Shown piece after piece: positions 1 through 13,495 of a stretch of 64,000 nucleotides of DNA. The first letter of the stretch is position 1. Each line of letters starts with the position of its first letter. The notes below the pieces were generated by a model that saw only the letters and a list, made by a program, of their open reading frames with translations, was not told the origin of the DNA and made no database searches. A program made the position numbers and the translations under genes. Origin of the DNA: Octopus vulgaris (lineage: Eukaryota); assembly GCA_951406725.2 (NCBI GenBank), contig OX597816.1, positions 175,336,001 to 175,400,000 on the forward strand, given 5' to 3'.

Positions 1-290
1 AATATATATATATATATATATATACACATAAACCATGCTCATAACATGTATTTAGTTTGTATTTAACCGTAGAAAAAGTAGATGAGTTTTTTTTAATTGT
101 CAATTTCTGGATATGGTCTGAATTTCATTAAGAGAATGAAATAGATTTGAAATGTTCGTTTGTAATTCTGAGCATTCTGATAGTTTTAATGATGAAATGT
201 TTTTAATGCAATTTTAGGAGCAATTAAAGTTTATAATTCTTTAAACTTAATTTTCCATGTTTTCTTGTTTTTTCTGTTTACCATTTGTAG

Positions 291-366
291 AAGTTTCTTA
301 AACAACTTGCTAACATATAGAAAATTAACCAAGTTGCGTCCACCAAGCTCTCGTTGTTCCGTTGGG
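291..366 (+). CDS. PFK: PFK exon (SFLNNLLTYRKLTKLRPPSSRCSVG), inter-half linker
   Basis: Pyrimidine tract and TAG acceptor at 289-290, GTAAGA donor at 367. Resembles the PFK 'RSFxNNxxTY' motif and joins the next exon in phase 0. Confidence 0.88.
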
Positions 367-646
367 GTAAGATTACTTTGCCTTTGTAGTATTAATTGTT
401 GTTTTTTTATGCGTAATGTTTTAGCAGAAATGCTATGTTAACAAGTTCGGTTATTTCTCAAAGGCATTTCCTTAAAGACAAAATTAAGCCACCTATCAAC
501 TTTCAATCCAACTTTAGCATCTGTATCTCTTGTGGAATTTTCTATCTTTCTAATTGATTATCTCCTAAGTATAAATCTTTGTTGCATATATTATAAATTA
601 ATTGCTCTCAGCAAATACTAATTTGTCACTTTTGTTATTGTTACAG

Positions 647-793
647 GATAACAGAAACTTAGCTCTTATGAATATTGGTGCCCCTGCATGTGGTATGAAT
701 GCTGCAATGAGATCTTTTGTTCGCCTTGGTATTACTAAGGGATACAATGTTATAGCAATCCATGACAGTTTTGATGGTTTGCTGAACGACAAT
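647..793 (+). CDS. PFK: PFK exon (DNRNLALMNIGAPACGMNAAMRSFVR...GLLNDN)
   Basis: CAG acceptor, GTAAGC donor, 49 codons, GAPAxGMNAA motif. Confidence 0.95.
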
Positions 794-985
794 GTAAGCA
801 TCGAATCATATATTTCTTCATTTGTTTGCATTTTTGAAACATAAATTATATCAGTAAATCTTTTAAGTTTTAACATAATGAATTATGATTTTACAATTTT
901 TAAATTTTATTTTTGATCAGTTCAACAAAAATCAAATAAGGATAAACTAAACAGTTAAGATTTTACAGAGAGTGTTTTGCTGAGA

Positions 986-1480
986 CATCATCATCATCAT
1001 CATCGTTTAACGTCCGCTTTCCATGCTAGCATGGGTTGGACGGTTCAACTGGGGTCTGGCAAGCCCGAAGGCTGCACCAGGCCAGTCAGATCTGGCAGTG
1101 TTTCTACAGCTGGATGCCCTTCCTAACGCCAACCACTCCGAGAGTGTAGTGGGTGATTTTATGTGCCACCGACACAGGTGCCAGATGAGGCTGGCAAAAA
1201 GGCCACACTCAGATGGTGTTTTTTATGTGCCACCAACACAGGTGCCAGACGAGGCTGGCAGACGGCCATGCTCGGATGGTGTTTTTATGTGCCACCGACA
1301 CAGGTGCCAGATGAGGCTGGCGAACGGCCACGATCGGATGGTGTTTGTTACGTGCCCACAGCACGGAGGCCAGTCGATGCGGTACTGGCTACGGCCATGT
1401 TCGGGTGGTTTTCTTATGTGCCACCGGCACTGGTACCACAAAGATACAAATTCCATTGATGTTCATCTATTTTGATTTGG
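986..1480 (-). mobile_element. RTE LINE 3' end fragment with ~63-bp internal tandem repeats
   Basis: (CAT)n followed by CGTTTAACGTCCGCTTTCCATGCTAGCATGGG; same terminus as the 38299 LINE. Confidence 0.85.
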
Positions 1481-1674
1481 TTTAAATATTATAGGTGACT
1501 CTGCAATTATACTTGGTATGGATACGGATTAATTTGGATTACTAAATATATATACACATTGAGTTAAATTATGAATTACTGCTCACACTCCACAGTCTTC
1601 AGTATCTTCTACCTGTCAGGATTATAGCTGATGCTATAAATCTGATCTGAAACATCTGAGGGAACCTCTGTAAG

Positions 1675-1980
1675 TCATCATCATCGTTTAATGTCCGTTT
1701 CCCATGCTAGCATGGGTTAGACGGTTCGACCGGGTCTGGGAAGCCAGGGGGCTGCGCCAGGCTCCAGTCAGATCTGGCAGTGTTTCTACAGCTGGATACC
1801 CTTCCCAACGCCAACCGCTCTGTGAGTGTAGTGGGTGCTTTTTAACGTGCTACCGGCACAGGGGCCAGGGAAGGCTGGCAAACGGCCACGATCGGTTGGT
1901 GCTTTTTACATGTCACCGACACAGACGCCAGTCAGGCGGCGCTGGCATCAGCCACGTTCGGATGGTGCTTTTTATGTGCT
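1675..1980 (-). mobile_element. RTE LINE 3' end fragment
   Basis: Same (CAT)n-CCATGCTAGCATGGG terminus as 986-1480. Confidence 0.85.
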
Positions 1981-2395
1981 TGCTTTGTAGCAATAGTAAT
2001 TAAATCTCCCTCAAATCACACCTTACCTTCTGAAAAAAGGATGGTTACATAACATAATGTAGTCCTAGATAAGCTACTGGAAAGAAAAAAATTAAGACAG
2101 ATTGGTCATGGTGAGAATGCTTTTGGTTACAGGTCTGCTTTATTAGGGTTGATCTAAGGCTAAAAAACAATATAGCTGATTCTAACTATGCTTACTATGA
2201 GGACTAATCTCTCTCGCTCTCTCTCTTTTTTTTTTTTCATAGGTTGTTAGTGCAAATCGGTAGAATATTTGAAATATTTTTCAAATGTTTGTGTCAGAAA
2301 TTATATTAAATTTTAATATATTTGCTTACAAATCCTGTCATGTTATTCCTATCAAATGTATTGCTTTAATTTTAAAGAGAACTGATTTAAAGATA

Positions 2396-2625
2396 TAATA
2401 AATAATAATGAAATTATTGTATACAGTGCTCAGGTGCACTGCAACTTGTCAGAAAGTGCGTATAAGGTATATGCAGTAATGTGCAAATGTCTGGGAAGCG
2501 AACAGTGTATGAGTCAGATAGATGCTTGCATGTGTATGGAGGGGAGGAAATCAGGTGTAATGTTGGCGAATCTCAGGAAGCCTGGAAGTTTTGAAGGATG
2601 CAGTGCTCCGACAACTAACAACTCT
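2396..2625 (-). mobile_element. CR1-clade LINE extreme 3' end
   Basis: Near-identical to 45565-45770. Confidence 0.78.
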
Positions 2626-2630
2626 AACGT

Positions 2631-2942
2631 TGGTGCATGGCTCAGTGGTTAGAGCGTTGGGCTCACAATCACGAGGTAGTGAGTTTCATTTCCCAGACCG
2701 GGCTGCGTGTTGTGTTCTTGAGCAAGACTCTTCATTTCATGTTGCTCTCCAGTTCACTCAGCTGTTGAAATGAGCTGCAATGTCACTGGTGCCAAGCTGT
2801 ATCGACCTTCACCTTTTCCTTGGATAACATCTGTGGCATATTGAGGGGAGGCTGGCATGCATGAGCAACTGCTGGTCTTCCATAAACAATCTTGCTTGGA
2901 TTTGTGCCTCGGAGGGTAACTTTCTAGGTGCAATTCCACGGT
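2631..2942 (+). mobile_element. tRNA-derived SINE, diverged
   Basis: TGGCTCAGTGGTTAGAGC head with a degenerate B box and non-tRNA body. Confidence 0.7.
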
Positions 2943-3837
2943 GTCTAATTCTGCATGTATAAAGGATATATAATCCTATACGGTAAAGAAATATTTACAT
3001 GACTGGAGGTGCAGCCATTGCTTATTAATGTTAGAAACAACAGCCAAGGTCTCTTGAACCCACAGCTTTATACTATAGGATTTGGGACGTTTATAGACAT
3101 AATGGAACAAAATCTTAAACTTTGCTTTACTTAATTGTACTTTTCTTCCTCTTCTCTTTCCCTTCCTTTCCTTCTTCCTTCCATTCACCAGAATACCAAT
3201 TCTTTTTGACCACATTTCAAAAGAGACTATTGTCTATTATTTCAACATTTAATTACCTATTTTTATTTTGATTGCATCTCTACAACTTCATTAATTTAAA
3301 TATACTTCTGCTCTCAGTCAGTAAGCAATCACCTACTAATTAACATCTTTTGAAACATTTTTAACTCCTTCTTTTCTCACTGTTTTTAACTGTCTTCTTC
3401 AGTTCACACTTTTTATTTTGGATTTCCCTTTTATTTCCAGACTTCTTTCAACTCTATTGACTCTTTCTAAAAATTGTATTCCCTTTTCTTTACATTATTG
3501 CAAATCCTTCCCTTTATGAATCGTCACCAAACATTTATATTGAAGATAAGAAACTGAAACGGTAAACAATAAACTTACAAAGTGAATCTTGGGGTTTGGG
3601 TTGAATTAAGGATCAGGAAATAATGCATGGAATCCTGATGCATCATGGGATATAAAAATAAGATAATTTTACCAGATAGATAAATATAGATTGGGGGGTG
3701 GACTGTAGACAACAAAGGATTTTGAAAGATTTGAGGAAATAAAGTGAACAGAAAACAATTTGTCAGCTCGTCTTTGACAAAATGGAAAATATATTAATGG
3801 CTTTATTGATGATACCTTTATTAATAATTGATTGCAG

Positions 3838-3908
3838 GTGACTCCTATGGCTTGGGAAGAGGTACGAAGTTGGACCAGCAAAGGTGGATCCTTATTGGGT
3901 ACCAAAAA
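3838..3908 (+). CDS. PFK: PFK exon (VTPMAWEEVRSWTSKGGSLLGTK)
   Basis: TGCAG acceptor, GTAATT donor, WxxVxxWxxxGGSxLGTK motif. Confidence 0.93.
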
Positions 3909-4174
3909 GTAATTACAAATTCATGTTTTTCTTTTTTTCTATCACCATATTTTATTTGTTTTAGTATAAAACAAAACAGAACAGAATTTGGTGTAATTAA
4001 TTTTCAGCAAATCTTTTGAATCATTTCCATGTAGTTTTAACTTACAAAAGGACGATCAAACATAAATTTAACGAGCTTGTTATGCATACTAAATTCATTA
4101 AATGAATTTAGCATGCATTCAGTGTAAGAGGCCATTGTAGTAGTAGTATGCACATTGAATACAAATAGATGATA

Positions 4175-5457
4175 CGAGGGGCGTTCAATAAGTAATGCTC
4201 CTGATCCACTTCCTATAGTAGTAGAGCAACGAAACTTGGCACAGTTATTAGTCTTTTTCTACATAGGAACCACCCAGAGTTACGCATTTCTACCATCTTT
4301 TGATGCAGCTCTGGAGACCGTTTTTGTAGAAGACCCCAGCTTGGTCCTCCAACCTGAACGTGACTTCAGAAATCAAGGCTGCATCATCTGGGAAACGCTT
4401 TCCTTTCAAAAACAACTTCATGATTGGGAAGAGGGGAAAATCAGAGGGTGCAAGGTCAGGAAAGATGGGGAGGAGTTCATAGCCATATGCCTGTGCTTCT
4501 GATCTGGCGACAAGCGAGTTGTGGACCGGAGCGTTGTCCTGCAGGAGGAGGATGCCTTTGTTGATCTTGCCCCGCCTCTTGATTTTGATAACTTCTCTTA
4601 ATTTCCTCAAAAGTGAAGCATAATAGGCTCCTGTAATTGTGGTACCCTTTGCCAGGAAATCTGTCATCACTACTCCATCCTGGTCCCAGAAGACTGTGAG
4701 CATGACCTTGCCAGCGGAGGGCTGCACCCTTACCTTCTTTGGAGGGGATGAGTCACGGTGCTTCCACTGCATTGACTGGGCTTTGGTCTCTGGATCATCG
4801 CGATGGACCCAGGTTTCATCCTGTGTAATCAGTCTTTTGAAAAATTTTGACTCATCTTCTTGGCACATCTCCAAATTCATCCTCGAGCACTCGACGCGTT
4901 CTTGCTTCTGGAAAGGCGTGAGCAACCTGGGAATCCATCTGGCAGACACCTTTTGCATATGCAAATGGTCATGAATGATAGTTTCCACAGACCCGGTACT
5001 AATCTTGACCTCATGGGCTATTTGGCGAATAATTATGCGTCGATCTTCCAAAATGGCAGCCTCAACTTGACGGACAGATGCCTCATCAATGGCAGAAGGA
5101 GGTGACCAGATCTGGGAGCTGTTTCCACAGAGTTCCGACCATGTTTGAATTCACGATGCCAGCGTTTTACAAGGTCATATGATGGGGCATCATCACCATA
5201 AGTTACTTTCATTTCATCAAAAGTCTCCCGTGGTGTGCGTCCTTTCAAATACAAAAACCAGATCACTGCTCGACACTCAACAGGCTCCATTTCACACTTG
5301 ACTCAGTTCAAACACCTGTAAATCAGAAACCACAATTAGTTCAGAGCTGTAATTCGTCACTTACTCTATAGAGATATAAATGATTGCACATACAAAATTT
5401 CAGCTAGATCAAACAACTGCAAGTGGGTCAGGGCCATTACTTATTGAACGTCCCTCG
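4175..5457 (-). mobile_element. Full-length mariner (Tc1/mariner, Himar1/irritans-like) DNA transposon in a PFK intron
   Basis: Imperfect TIRs CGAGGGGCGTTCAATAAGTAATG / CATTACTTATTGAACGTCCCTCG, TA on both sides, 1283 bp long. Confidence 0.95.
4290..5290 (-). pseudogene. Frameshifted mariner transposase
   Basis: ORFs 5033-5290 and 4290-5051 carry the HTH N-terminus, WIPRLL, TQDETW, LQDNAP and PDLAPSD motifs. Frameshift near 5100, damaged YSPDL motif, early stop. Confidence 0.9.
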
Positions 5458-5623
5458 TATATGTTAAATGAGAAGTGACCAATATTGGAGAAATGTAAAT
5501 GTAATCCAAGTAAAGTGAGAAATATTTGAGATGAAGTTGTTAGGCTGAGCTGAGGATGTTGGGCTTCAACAAATGAATTTTTCACGGATTAAATGTATAT
5601 CACTGAACTATTTTCAATTTTTG

Positions 5624-5698
5624 CTGAAGTAGAAAATAAGATGTTAAAATTAGGATTATGGCCTGAAGTAGAAAATAAGATGTTAAAATTAGGATTAT
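5624..5698. repeat. Tandem duplication, 39-bp period
   Basis: CTGAAGTAGAAAATAAGATGTTAAAATTAGGATTAT at 5624 and 5663. Confidence 0.9.
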
Positions 5699-5962
5699 TG
5701 GTTAAGTGTTGATTAGGAGAGCTGCATTCACTATAACAGATTTCTTAAACAGTTTTTCTTTCTACTTTTAAAGATTTGCAAGTTTTCCTGCTTTAAAATG
5801 TAATCAATTCTTAAGAAGGAAATCTTAAAGCGAATTTTGCACTAAGTATAACTGAAAAAAACTGTTTCAAATTTTTCATTTTTAATTTAGAAGTAATTTT
5901 AGCATGATTTTATGATGAAAATTACAAGAGCATGAATTCTTAATTATTTTTTTCTATTTTAG

Positions 5963-6053
5963 AATGATTGCTGGAAAAATTGGCCTTGAGAAAATTGCTG
6001 CCAAATTTATCAAACACAAAATACATGGTCTATGTGTTATTGGTGGCTTTGAG
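5963..6053 (+). CDS. PFK: PFK exon (MIAGKIGLEKIAAKFIKHKIHGLCVIGGFE)
   Basis: TTTTAG acceptor, GTAAAA donor, IxGLxxIGGFE motif; phase 2 matches the previous exon. Confidence 0.94.
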
Positions 6054-6570
6054 GTAAAATTTTATGCTATATTATATAAATATGCTATATTTATAATCAG
6101 TATTCTTACATTATCCTATTATTATGGGCAGTTTTTTTTTACAAAAATGTAATTCAAATTATGACAATAATATACACTTTTGCTACACTTTTGGAATTTG
6201 GTGTTATCTTGAAGATTTTGTTTTCTCAATCTTGAGTATTAACCCCTTACCCGGCAGAAACGAATATATGCGTTTTGACCGAAATCGTTTTTTTCTATCT
6301 CTGGCGAGTTAACTCGTCAAAAGATAGACTCGCCAAAATCGACAGCAAACGAGTTCCTTCGTCTAAAAACGGGTCTGCCCAAAGCGGTAATTTAAAATCA
6401 ATATTATTGAATTAAAATTCATAATAAATAAGGTTTGAAATATACCTCGAAATCACCATTCAAAACATAGTAAAATAAAACAATTAAAAAATATGTCTGA
6501 AAAAATACATTTATTTTCAAAATAATTGTTGGGTAAATTTTTAATTCTTTCACACTTTCTCTCTTTCTCT

Positions 6571-6623
<53 letters not shown>

Positions 6624-6912
6624 CTGGTGTTTGTTGTGTTGCATGAACGTAGATGATCAATTATGCCAGCCCTTAATTTTACCTCTAGCATTAGTGGTCA
6701 CTGATACGGTTATATTGTAATTATTGCTGTAGCAGTGATCACCCTTTAGTAATCTGTCTAAGCATTTGATGAGCATTAAAATAAAGGAATTTAATTTCAG
6801 TTATTGATAACTTGACATGGACCATTAAATCAGGTGGAACTTTTAAAGACATGAAGAAACTGCTTATATTGATTAAATGTGCTTTTTTTTTTTTTGTTGT
6901 TTCTGTTTGCAG

Positions 6913-7065
6913 GCGTACCACAGTGTTGTCCAGCTATGCGAAGCGCGTTATCGTTTTCCTGCATTCTGTATCCCGATGATTGTTATCCCTTGTACTATCA
7001 GTAATAATATCCCTGGGACAGATTTTAGTTTAGGAGCAGACACAGCTCTTAATGAAATCACTGAC
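6913..7065 (+). CDS. PFK: PFK exon (AYHSVVQL...PCTISNNIPGTDFSLGADTALNEITD)
   Basis: TTGCAG acceptor, GTAAGT donor, 51 codons, strongly conserved PFK motif. Confidence 0.96.
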
Positions 7066-8583
7066 GTAAGTAATTTTTAGCAGTGGAATAATTTTCTTTT
7101 TCATTTAAAGATATTAAACATGTTCTGTATTTTTTTAATTATGATTTTTTTTTTGTCAAAAACTAGGTCTTTGAGTGTCTTGTCCCATATTTCCCAAAAT
7201 AGTGTGTTAATTTCCTTCTATGTCCATCTTCAGTTGGAATTTGGCTCCTTAGAGGAAAAAGGGAATGAAACTCTTCACATACAACATCTTTTGTTCAGAA
7301 TGGGGTAAAGATATTGCATGTGAAATGTGTCTGCCATCTCTATTGATCATAAAGAATTATTTATTGTCTTCAAAGATGGCACTTTGATTCAATTACAACT
7401 TTATAAATAATTATCTCATTTGGTAAGCATGCTATGGATGAGTGGCAAAAGCAGAATGGTAATGGATATGGGATTAGATTCTTAGACAGAACACTTAATT
7501 CATTATTGTCTTATTTCATGTCAGAATTTCCTCCAAAATTTACTGTAATTCACTGATCTCGTTTCAAAAAGAGCAGAGTGTTGCTTATCAGCTTAATTCT
7601 GCTGAAAATGGACTTGAGCATTGACTTTACGGAGGGATTAACTAAAATACAGGTAGCCTAGGTGATGGTACACAGATTTAAGTCTTGTTACAGATACTGA
7701 CATAATAAATGGCTTCTTTTCCCTCAGACTATTTATCTGAAACAGATATTTAAATATCATTAGAAAAGGTAATTACCAAAAGACACTACTGCAAGGATTT
7801 CTTTTAATGGGAATTTTAAGCCATCATCCCTCCATGGGCATGGAAACCAAGTGGTTATAATTAGCAATATTAGTGAAATAAGTGGTATGGTTTTGACCCT
7901 CCATTTAACTACTGTGACCTATTTTTAACTACTTATTAATATTATAATGCTTATTTTGATCTATATCTTTGTTTAGACATTGTGAATGTGAGACAACCAA
8001 CTAAATTTCTGACAACATGGTCATATATCCAGACCATGTGACAATTATTGTGTGATGCCCGTAAGCAAGGCACATATTCTGTTCTAGGAAGAACCTCCAG
8101 TAGAAAAATCACATGCTGCAAGACTATACAAAATCCAAATTTGTGTAACTCCACCTATGACCATGATAAAATGAAAAACACAATAGAACTTCCTTTTAAA
8201 CCAGTTTTAGATGGTAGATGTGTAACATGCCCACCCTTTGAGATCTAAACCACATATTTATTGCTTGCCTGGTGATTCTGTTATTGATAGCACTATAAAT
8301 TACCTGCTGTTTTCTGTTCTAAAGTTAGTAAGGTGTCTTTTTATCTGCTATTTTAAGTGAACTCTATTTTGCCTTCACAAGTATCTCACTTGTTTCACAG
8401 ACAGTTTGTCAGTTGCTTAGCATTGGCAGAATAAGCCAGTCGACTAATCTCCAACCTGACCAGCAAGAGAGATATGATTAAAATTCATTTTACATTGCCT
8501 CCTACCTTCTTTTTTTTTTCTTTGGTTCTGATTAAGTTCCAATGCTTTAAGATGTCTTTTTATCTTTTTTATTTGAATTTTAG

Positions 8584-8748
8584 ATTTGTGATCGAATCAA
8601 GCAATCAGCTTTGGGTACTAAAAGAAGAGTTTTTATTGTTGAAACTATGGGTGGCTATTGTGGCTACCTTGCTACCATGGCTGGGTTGGCTGGAGGCGCT
8701 GATGCTGCCTACATCTATGAAGAAAATATGACAATCACAGATTTAAGG
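8584..8748 (+). CDS. PFK: PFK exon ([30 protein letters not shown]...DLR)
   Basis: TTTAG acceptor, GTAAGC donor, 55 codons, hallmark PFK motif. Confidence 0.96.
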
Positions 8749-10425
8749 GTAAGCATATGATGTTATCCCACCATTAATTTATATACATGGATAAAGTTGC
8801 TAAACTTCATTATTTATCAATCATCATCCATTTTTATTGTTTTTCCATGTTTGCATGAGTTGAACAAGTCTTCCCTAGCACAGCATCTTGCCACTTGTCA
8901 TAAGTCCTTTGTGATAGCTTTCATGAAATTCAGTAACCCAAGATTAATCTTCATCACTTCTTCCTTTCTATTCTTCTTTTGTCCACTTGGATTTCTTGGC
9001 ACTCCTCTACCCAAATGTCATCCTCCATATTAATCCATAGCAATGCAGTTTCCTCTCTCTTGCCCAGCTCATTCCCCTTATAACTACTTTTTCTGTCAGT
9101 TGAAGATGTCTACCTCATTTCCTTCGAGTCTTTCAACTTCCTCTGCATTCAATTCTCATGTTTCGTTACCATGCACTAATAGCACTTCCTACACATTCAT
9201 CGTTTACTCTACACTTTGCTCACTTCTCTTTGTTGTCAACTCTGGCCATGCTTTTCGAATACTGATCACCACAGCTAATTAGCTAACCTAGATAACAGAA
9301 GTTGCCAACCACATCCAGAGGGTTTTCTGGACATTACAGTCCTCTGTTGACACCCTACCTCTGATCCCACTGTACCCCTTGTTCGTCTACAGTTTGCATT
9401 GGTTACAGCATTGTGGAATTCCTACCTCTTACTTTTCTGCACATCCCTTTCCCATTTCCCAAATGCTTCTATTTTCGTTCTTGCTAAACTGTTTCTCTTT
9501 GCCCAGCTCACTTTGTTTCTTGATCCCAGGCTTTACTTCCACTGTTTGCAATTTCTTCTCTAATATTTTATTGCCTTTTAACTGTGCAGCTGTCAACACA
9601 AATGCTTGAAGAACTATTATTTTGAATGTGTCTTAGAAATGTCCATTCTTGTGTAATCTTGTTGCCTCAATCACCTAAATTAAATTTACTTTGGTTTTAT
9701 GGTGAAATTACAGAAATTCAGGATTATTGTTGTACAGCATCAGATCAGCTCTGGTCAAGCAGTTGGCATGGAGGGAGTTGGCCAAATGCCTAGAATCAAC
9801 TTTACCAATAAGTAATTATTGCATTGCTTGGATAAGTAACATCAGATATATCTTAGAAATGCTTATATCATGATAGCTACAAACACTTAATCTTATTATT
9901 CTCTATCAGATATAAACTTATACAAAAACTAACAAAGAACCAGATCGTGTTGGAAAAGAACAATTTGAAAATCTGATTTAGTGCTTTAATGATTTTCAGA
10001 TTAGTGGACATTATTATGAAATTATCTTAGAAGGTAAAGAGAGACAGTATTGAGTTACATCTCATTAAGTTCTTTATTCAAATTTTGCCGATTAAGTTCT
10101 GGGAATTGATTGAATTGACATAATGATTTCTAGCACAAGGCCACAGATTCTGAAAAAGGTTAGATAATTAAGAAATGAGATCAGGGTGTTGTGCACCTGT
10201 TTAGATAGTTTACAATGTCTTGTTCAGTACTGTGCCTTTCTCTTAGAGAAAAAGGTCTTGTGCTTAGTAAGTAAATAGTTTTACTCGGTGGTAATGTCTT
10301 GGTGAACCGACGCTCCTGTTTGCTTTTCATTCCCAGTCAGAAATTCTTTAGAAATCTTGGAAGTCATGAGTCTTGTAACTCCCAACACTATGGCTTTTCA
10401 CCTACACAACCTCTCACCTAATTTT

Positions 10426-10461
<36 letters not shown>

Positions 10462-10477
10462 CTTTTTTTTTTTTCAG

Positions 10478-10542
10478 AATGATGTATTCCATTTAAAGAA
10501 TAAGATTAAAGACATTGGAGTTCAGAGAGGTTTGATTTTGAG
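10478..10542 (+). CDS. PFK: PFK exon (NDVFHLKNKIKDIGVQRGLILR)
   Basis: Poly-T and CAG acceptor, GTATTG donor, VxHLxxK...VQRGLxLR motif. Confidence 0.93.
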
Positions 10543-11146
10543 GTATTGATATTTTTTTAATTGATTTATTTAAAAATACAATTATCAATATTGTCCTATT
10601 TGAATTTTTGTGATAATTTCTTACTAACTATATGCTGCAAATATTCTTTAAATAAATAATAATGCTGTGTGGTTTTTTTGGGGTTTTTTTTTTAGTTGGG
10701 TGGGGTCTCATTTGTAATGCATAAAAGAAGAAAAATTCATACTGGCTCATTGTGTGTGAGTCTATATCACCAATAAATTAGAAGAGGCATAATAGAGTCC
10801 ATGCTTCATTGGAACTGATCTGGGGTGGTTTTTGCCCTCCCATCAGATTTTTACTACTATTTGATTACTATTATATTGCAATTGATAATTATTTCATTTT
10901 CAATCAGCTTTCTGTCTTATCCCTGTTCATTTTCAGAAATATTTCAGCCATAATTTGCATTCAGTTTTGCTCTCCATATAGAGTCTGTCAAGAGCCCTGG
11001 GTCTCATAAGGTCTTAGTTTAACCTAGTGTCCATGGTGTATAAATGACTGAGATAATACTTCCCGCTGAACATGGCACTGGTCTGCTGGAACTCATTTTC
11101 AGCTGAGCAGACTGGAGCAATGTGAAATGAAGTTTTCTGCTCAAGA

Positions 11147-11213
11147 ACGTGCCACCTGGCCATGAGGGCAACTGAACTACGTGCCACCTGGCCATGAGGG
11201 CACTGAACTACGT
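11147..11213. repeat. Tandem duplication, 32-bp period
   Basis: ACGTGCCACCTGGCCATGAGGGCA(A)CTGAACT occurs twice. Confidence 0.9.
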
Positions 11214-11544
11214 CTTCAGTTACGTTTCATTTAGTAAACTTAAATTTGTATAAAAATCTTGGCCTTTTCAATTTTGATTACCATCTGATTCAGAAGTCCC
11301 ATGTATATTTTTCCTCATGAAATATCTTAGCATTGTTTCTTTACAATTGCATGTTATGTAGCCACTCCCTAATTGAAGGCTCTTTATATCAATTCTTCAA
11401 CCATAAAAATTAGTAACAATTATTTTCTTCAAAGCAGATTTAGGCAAACAAAACTTTTCTTGAATTTCTGATTTTCCAGAGATTGTGAAATAAGTAATAT
11501 CATGCATATTTAAACAAAATGAAATTTTCTTCTTGTATTTGAAG

Positions 11545-11759
11545 GAATGAAAATGCTAATTCTAACTATACTACGGACTTCATCTACCAATTGTTCTCTG
11601 AAGAAGGAAAAGGTGTATTTACAACTCGCAAAAATGTCTTGGGTCATATGCAGCAAGGAGGTGTGCCAACACCATTTGATAGAAACTTTGGTACAAAAAT
11701 GGCTTCCAAAGCTATTGACCATCTAATTGCACAAGTTGAAGAACATACTCGCCCTGATG
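11545..11759 (+). CDS. PFK: PFK exon ([23 protein letters not shown]...[18 protein letters not shown]...PDG)
   Basis: AAG acceptor, GTAATT donor, [11 protein letters not shown] signature. Confidence 0.96.
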
Positions 11760-11932
11760 GTAATTATGTTGTTAAGGATATAATTTTTATATTTTAAAAG
11801 AATGACTAGTGAATTGTGAAAATAAGTAAATATTAATCATTTCAGACTAATTATTTCAAAGTGTAACTTACTAAAATATTTTGCATTTGCAATTAAGCTA
11901 CTTTTCTCATTAAAATCTCGACTTCTTTTCAG

Positions 11933-12038
11933 GAACTGTCTTTACTTCACAGCTTGAGACTGCTACACTTCTTGGTATGCAAAAACGTCACTTGTGCTTC
12001 ACTCCAGTCATGGAGCTAACTCAATATGCTAATTTTGA
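11933..12038 (+). CDS. PFK: PFK exon (TVFTSQLETATLLGMQKRHLCFTPVMELTQYANFE)
   Basis: TTTTCAG acceptor, GTAAGT donor; phases 1 and 2 match the neighbouring exons. Confidence 0.92.
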
Positions 12039-12575
12039 GTAAGTGTTTGAAATATATCTTTGATTTTCTACATCTACAATGTTATATAATGGGTGTAAAA
12101 GGGGCCAAACATCTAACCATTTAGTCTTCAGTTAAAACATATGCTGTAGCTGTTGTGATGTGCTCTTGGTAAAACACATATATAAGCTTATCTGCAGGAT
12201 TAACAAGAACACTTATGTACAAAATGGAAATTCAGCTGTACAAACAATTACTCTGAGAGTAGGCAAATATCTATATTTGTGAAATCCATCACAGACCTTG
12301 GAGCAATGGATTCTAAAATGGCAAAAGCCAATCATCATTAGCATCCTTATTTAATGTCCACTTTTCCATGCTTGCATGGTGCAAATCAAATTTCTTGAGG
12401 TACATTTCCTGCAGCCGGATGCTCTTTCTATCACCAACTCTTGATCGTTTCCCAGCAACATTGTTTCCCCATAACCAGACATGTTTTCACAGAAGATTGG
12501 AAATGACAGACAACTGTAAATGAATGTCCCCATCATGCAAGTGCTATCTCATGAAATCAAGCCAAGGTGACATTA

Positions 12576-12885
12576 ACACACACACATACACACTTACATG
12601 CACACACTTACATGCACACACTTACATACACACACACTTACATACACACACACTTACATACACACACACTTACATACACACACACTTACATACACACACA
12701 TACAAACACACACATACAAACACACATTCATACACACACACATACATACAAACACACACACATACATACAAACACACACACATACATACACACACACACA
12801 CATACATACACACACACATACATACACACACATTCATACATACACACACATACATACATATACACACATACATACCTATATATAT
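12576..12885. repeat. Compound (CA)n/(CATA)n microsatellite
   Basis: Directly visible. Confidence 0.95.
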
Positions 12886-12931
12886 GTCTGTGTGTAACTT
12901 AATTTATATTTAAAAATATATATATATATAT

Positions 12932-13495
12932 ATATGTAAACAAATCAAATTGCGATAAAATAAAAATAATTATAATCGCTGGTATTACTAACACAAGCCA
13001 TATATTTTTCATATATCAGTACATTAAGGCGAAATATGTGCTAGGAATACAGAAGCTTGATAAATTAAGTGAAATGAAGATAAAAACATTTACTAAACCG
13101 GTAATTCTCAGACTGCAGTTTCTTTCTTTTCAGCAATAAAGATAATTTATTTGCTCAGGGAGAATTCTTCAGTGAGACCCTGTTTTTCTGGGATCCTAAC
13201 TCACTAGAAGCATGTGCTTCTAATGATTTACTCTCCCTAACTAATCATATCACTGCGCAGACTCCGAACGTCCCGACAAAACTAGGGAATTCTGGTATAT
13301 CGCCTGGCGCTCGTAATTTATCGAGAAATATGTAAACAAATCAAATTGCGATAAAATAAAAATAATTATAATCGCTGGTATTACTAACACAAGCCATATA
13401 TTTTTCATATATCAGTACATTAAGGCGAAATATGTGCTAGGAATACAGAAGCTTGATAAATTAAGTGAAATGAAGATAAAAACATTTACTAAACC

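Noticed and set aside
1150-1435. Regularly spaced repeats resembling a CRISPR array
   Set aside because: Whole units are repeated with no unique spacers, there are no cas genes, and the context is a eukaryotic LINE 3' UTR.
6239-6395. Possible small TTAA-flanked MITE
   Set aside because: Termini are only partly complementary and there is no second copy in the window.
12524-12913. His/Thr-rich ORFs
   Set aside because: Translation of a (CA)n microsatellite.
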